Assembly: GCA_963816145.1 (NCBI GenBank)
Contig: CAWFJP010000003.1
Span: 768,001-832,000, forward strand
Reading direction: 5' to 3'
Length of the DNA: 64,000 nucleotides
Origin: an uncultured delta proteobacterium
Lineage (GTDB): Bacteria; Desulfobacterota; Binatia; UBA9968
Shown here: positions 60,756-64,000 of the stretch, piece by piece
How positions within the stretch are numbered: the first letter of the stretch is position 1
How the letters are laid out: each line of letters starts with the position of its first letter
Program-made: the position numbers and the translations under genes
The notes under the pieces: model-generated
The model's database searches: none
What the model was told of the DNA's origin: nothing
Seen by the model: the letters and a program-made list of their open reading frames with translations, nothing else

Positions 60756-61736
60756 TTACCGAATCACCCGATCCGCTCTGACCAACACGTTCGGCGGGAT
60801 CGTCAGGCCGATTTGTTTGGCTGCTTTTAAGTTGACGACAAACTCGAACTTCATCGGCTGCTCCACCGGAAGCTCGGCGGGCTTGGCGCCCTTGAGAATT
60901 TTGTCCACGTAAACTGCGAGACGGCGATGCAGATCAGCCAGGTCGGCCCCATAGGACATGAGACCTCCAACGTCGACAAACTCGCGGTCGTCGTACATGG
61001 CGGGGAGTTTGCTCTTTGCCGCAAGCTCGGCGATCCGCTTTCGATTGTTGACGATCAGCGGGTTGCGCAGCACGATGAGAGCGTGGAATTGTGCCGTCGT
61101 TGCCGATTTAAATGCACCTGCGAAATCCGTAACTGCTCGCACCTCCACCGAGTGGAGTTGTAATCCCAATGCGCGGCTTGCCACCTCAACCTCCTTCCAT
61201 TTCACCGCTGCGTCAGGGGCGGTAGGGTTTCGCAGCACGGCTACGACACGAGCCTTGGGAACCGCCTCTTTAAGAATTTCCAGCCGTTTACCAATCAACT
61301 CCGTCGATATCGAGGTCACCCCGGTAATGTTTCCACCCGGCCGCGCCAAGCTGGCGACCAGTCCCGTCGCAACCGGATCGTCCGTGCTGCGCATAACGAT
61401 CGGGATCGTGGTCGTGGCGTCCTTCGCCGCATGCGCCGTCGGCGGACTCATGGCGACGATGACATCGACCTTTAGTCCGACAAGCTCCGCGGCGAGCGCT
61501 GGGAGCCGATCGAGTTTCCCTTCCGCATAGCGGTATTCAAGCGCAACGTTCTTACCCTCGACATATCCTAGTGCGGCCAAACCCTGGCGGAACGCCTTGA
61601 TGTCGGCCGACTCGTCAGGAGATAACGCCATCAGCAAACCCAAGCGCGGCATCTTCACCAGCGGCTGCGCCTTGGCGACAGTGCCAGTCGCCAGAATGAT
61701 TGTTGTCAGTAACCAGAAAACGATTTTTCTCTTCAC
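60756..61736 (-). CDS. ABC_sub_bind family binding protein (array)
   Basis: Family motifs; GTG start. Confidence 0.9.
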   Translation of the reverse strand: MKRKIVFWLLTTIILATGTVAKAQPLVKMPRLGLLMALSPDESADIKAFRQGLAALGYVEGKNVALEYRYAEGKLDRLPALAAELVGLKVDVIVAMSPPTAHAAKDATTTIPIVMRSTDDPVATGLVASLARPGGNITGVTSISTELIGKRLEILKEAVPKARVVAVLRNPTAPDAAVKWKEVEVASRALGLQLHSVEVRAVTDFAGAFKSATTAQFHALIVLRNPLIVNNRKRIAELAAKSKLPAMYDDREFVDVGGLMSYGADLADLHRRLAVYVDKILKGAKPAELPVEQPMKFEFVVNLKAAKQIGLTIPPNVLVRADRVIR

Positions 61737-61780
61737 CGTTTTCGACCCTTCATTTTGCCTTTTACCTTTTTACTCTTACC

Positions 61781-62045
61781 TTACCGGATGACCCGATCCG
61801 CTCTGACCAACACATTCGGCGGGATCGTCAGGCCGATTTGTTTGGCGGCCTTGAGGTTGATAATCAATCTTCGTCGGATGTTCGACGTAACAATGACTTT
61901 GGAATGCTTCCTGAAACGCCTTGAACCGCGGCCAGAAAGCTGGCCCGGGCACCAACACACCGATGCACGGAATTTTCGGTATCGGCTGCTGCGCTCAGAC
62001 CGGCAATGCATGCGCCAGAACAAGGACCGCTGCTAACCGAATAAG
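61781..62045 (-). pseudogene. Internally deleted relic of an ABC_sub_bind gene
   Basis: LAAVLVLAHALPV*AQQPIPKIPCIGVLVPG...KAFQEAFQSHCYVE is joined directly to HPTKI../INLKAAKQIGLTIPPNVLVRADRVIR*. Confidence 0.8.
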
Positions 62046-62321
62046 CCTTACCCGCCCCATGAATAGCACTCCTCCAATTTACGAATGGAAATGACGAAGA
62101 GAATACTCGTACCCATTCTTGACGCTTCTAACGCACAAACAATGCCACCAGTTGTACATGCATAATTAACCCTAGTGAGCTGAATTAACAAAGAAAATCT
62201 TATCGTCGATCGGCGCCGCCTAGAAACTCGATCGGGACCAAGAGTAGTCGATTTGCTACTCGGTGTAGCAAAAATGCGACACCAGACGGGGCTGCGGAAA
62301 GTTGGGATTAAGAAATTATTT

Positions 62322-62480
62322 TCTCGCAAAGGCGCCAAGGCGCAAAGCTTAGGGGGATAAGTGCAAATTCGCTTCAGTCGATAAGCTCGGAATAAACTTC
62401 GTGAGATATTATTTTTGAGCGCCGCGCATTCGTTCCAGATCACGGGCCCTGCCCGTCGCTTTGCGCCTTGGCACCTTTGA
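62322..62480. repeat. Degenerate CGCAAAG/CTTTGCG inverted-repeat element
   Basis: tctcgcaaaggcgccaaggcgcaaag ... gcccgtcgctttgcgccttggcacctttg. Confidence 0.65.
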
Positions 62481-62563
62481 TGAAAACTGTCGTTAGCTAG
62501 ATCGAAGCTGCTTTGAGCATGGTTCCCCTCTTTAACTGTTGCCTGCTGCCTATTGCCTATTGC

Positions 62564-63544
62564 CTACCGAATGATCCGATTCGCCCGCGCCAGCACCTCC
62601 GGCGGTATCGTTAGATTGAGTGCTTTGGCCACCTTTAAATTGACGACAAACTCAAACTTGCTCGATTGCTCGACGGGGATATCGGCAGGTTTGGCGCCCT
62701 TGAGGATCTTGTCGACCATCGCCGCGACGCGTTTGAAAGGCTCAACCTCGTCGGCGCCGTAGGACATCAAGCCGCCTTGCTCGACGAAATCTTCGCGATA
62801 GTAGATCGCCGGCAAGTGAAATTTGGCCGCCAGCGCGATGATCTGCTTCCGGTCAGTGGATTGAGACCGGCGGTGTCGTGTTATAGCGAGAGCCACGCTG
62901 CCCATCTTGACGGCATCTTTGAACCGATTCTCATAGCTGTCTGTAGCGCTGATTTTCATGGAGTAGAGCTGCAGCCCCAGCTGGCGCGCAGCGAGTTCGC
63001 TTTCTGTCCACTGCGGATCGATTCTTCCAGTTGCTGGATACCACAAGACGGCCACACGAGGGAGTTTGGGGATTGACTCCTTGAGCAACTCCAATCGCTT
63101 ACCTGCTAGGACTTCCGCCATACTGAAAAAACCTGTGACGTTCCCTCCGGGGCGCGCAAGGCTGGCCACCAACCCCCGAGCAACCGGATCCGCCGGCGAA
63201 TCGGTGAACACGATGGGAATCGTCTGGGTAGCCTTTTTTGCGGCCAAGCCGTCATTCGGCCCGCCCGCGATGATGACATCGACCTTGAGCCGAACCAGCT
63301 CATCGGCCAAGGCAGCGAGGCGCTCGGGTCGTTCTTCCGCATAGCGATTCTCGAAGGTTATGTTCTTGCCCTCGACGTAGCCGAGCTCGCGCAGTTCTCG
63401 GCTTATCGCGTCATGGCTAAAGGTCGAGCTCGATAATCCTCCGCTTAATCGCCCGACGCGATAAACTTTCCCCGCCGGCTGCGCCTGCGCCGAACAAACG
63501 CTCGCCACACACACCGCCGCCAGTAAACAGCCCGTAAGTTTCAT
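62564..63544 (-). CDS. ABC_sub_bind family binding protein (array)
   Basis: MKLTGCLLAAV leader; family motifs. Confidence 0.9.
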   Translation of the reverse strand: MKLTGCLLAAVCVASVCSAQAQPAGKVYRVGRLSGGLSSSTFSHDAISRELRELGYVEGKNITFENRYAEERPERLAALADELVRLKVDVIIAGGPNDGLAAKKATQTIPIVFTDSPADPVARGLVASLARPGGNVTGFFSMAEVLAGKRLELLKESIPKLPRVAVLWYPATGRIDPQWTESELAARQLGLQLYSMKISATDSYENRFKDAVKMGSVALAITRHRRSQSTDRKQIIALAAKFHLPAIYYREDFVEQGGLMSYGADEVEPFKRVAAMVDKILKGAKPADIPVEQSSKFEFVVNLKVAKALNLTIPPEVLARANRIIR

Positions 63545-63600
63545 GCTTCTGTGCTCCGCTCCAGGAATCTCACTCACGCCTCGCGCCTCATGCCTCATGC

Positions 63601-64000
63601 CTATCGAATCACCCGATCCGCCCGCGCCAGCATCTCCGGCGGGATCGTCAAGCCGATTTGCTTCGCAGCTTTCAGATTGATGACGAACTCGAACTTCGTC
63701 GGCTGCTCTACGGGGAGATCGGCAGGCCTGGCACCTTTCAGGATTTTGTCCACGTACGTGGCGGCGCGCTGGAAAATATCGGTAAAGCTGGCGCCGTAAT
63801 ACATGAGGCCACCGGCGTCAATATACTCTGGCTGCGCGTACACCCCGGGCATACGGTTCTTGACCGCGAGTTCGGCAATCTGTGTGCGGCGAAGATTGAG
63901 CACAGGACTACCGAGCACGACGATCGCGTCAGCACGTCCCTTGCTAGCGGCTGCGAATGCCATCTCAATGTTTTTTGGCTCGTGTATGTCCAGGAACTGA
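63601..64000 (-). CDS. ABC_sub_bind family binding protein, 5' part beyond the window
   Basis: C-terminal third, nearly identical in part to 54271-55254. Confidence 0.88.
   Translation of the reverse strand, partial: QFLDIHEPKNIEMAFAAASKGRADAIVVLGSPVLNLRRTQIAELAVKNRMPGVYAQPEYIDAGGLMYYGASFTDIFQRAATYVDKILKGARPADLPVEQPTKFEFVINLKAAKQIGLTIPPEMLARADRVIR

Noticed and set aside
62048-62443. 131-aa minus-strand ORF
   Set aside because: It has no RBS or recognisable motif and is partly a translation of the CGCAAAG repeat (LCALAPLRE).
41819-63600. CRISPR array from the recurring spacers
   Set aside because: The repeats are degenerate heptamers about 1 kb apart, separated by genes, and there are no cas genes.
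54374-63930. Diversity-generating retroelement TR/VR pair
   Set aside because: Mismatches are not adenine-specific, both copies are coding, and there is no reverse transcriptase in the window.
40829-64000. Classical integron or superintegron
   Set aside because: I saw no intI and no RYYYAAC...GTTRRRY attC hairpins between genes. Only the overall organisation is integron-like.

Overview
This GC-rich bacterial window (about 55-60% GC by eye) is dominated by solute-binding-protein expansions. The gene style is reminiscent of Candidatus Binatia / Deltaproteobacteria genomes, which is inference only. 1-10 kb holds six TctC/Bug-type tripartite tricarboxylate transporter binding proteins, two broken ABC_sub_bind genes and one tctA, with no tctB. 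10-40 kb holds amidohydrolases, three tandem signal-peptide-bearing SAM methyltransferases, an atypical M24 peptidase, DMT/MFS/FtsX-type transporters, pal, an RlmD-like methylase, SsuA/THI5-type binding proteins, a dihydroxyphthalate-decarboxylase-like gene, an MBL hydrolase and a frameshifted hydantoinase B. 40.8-64 kb is a head-to-tail array of about 22 paralogous ABC_sub_bind (PF04392-like) genes with no permease or ATPase: 17 intact, 4 broken or relic, and 1 cut by the window edge. The array looks cassette-like. Genes share a near-invariant 3' end followed by about 4 tandem heptamers, leader modules are shared between otherwise diverged genes, an orphan 3' end brackets a TA module, and TA-like pairs sit convergently at gene 3' ends. 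Many signal peptides are encoded by arms of the same short inverted-repeat families that occur free, and nested inside each other, in the intergenic DNA. No integrase, transposase, reverse transcriptase, cas gene, rRNA or tRNA was recognised.
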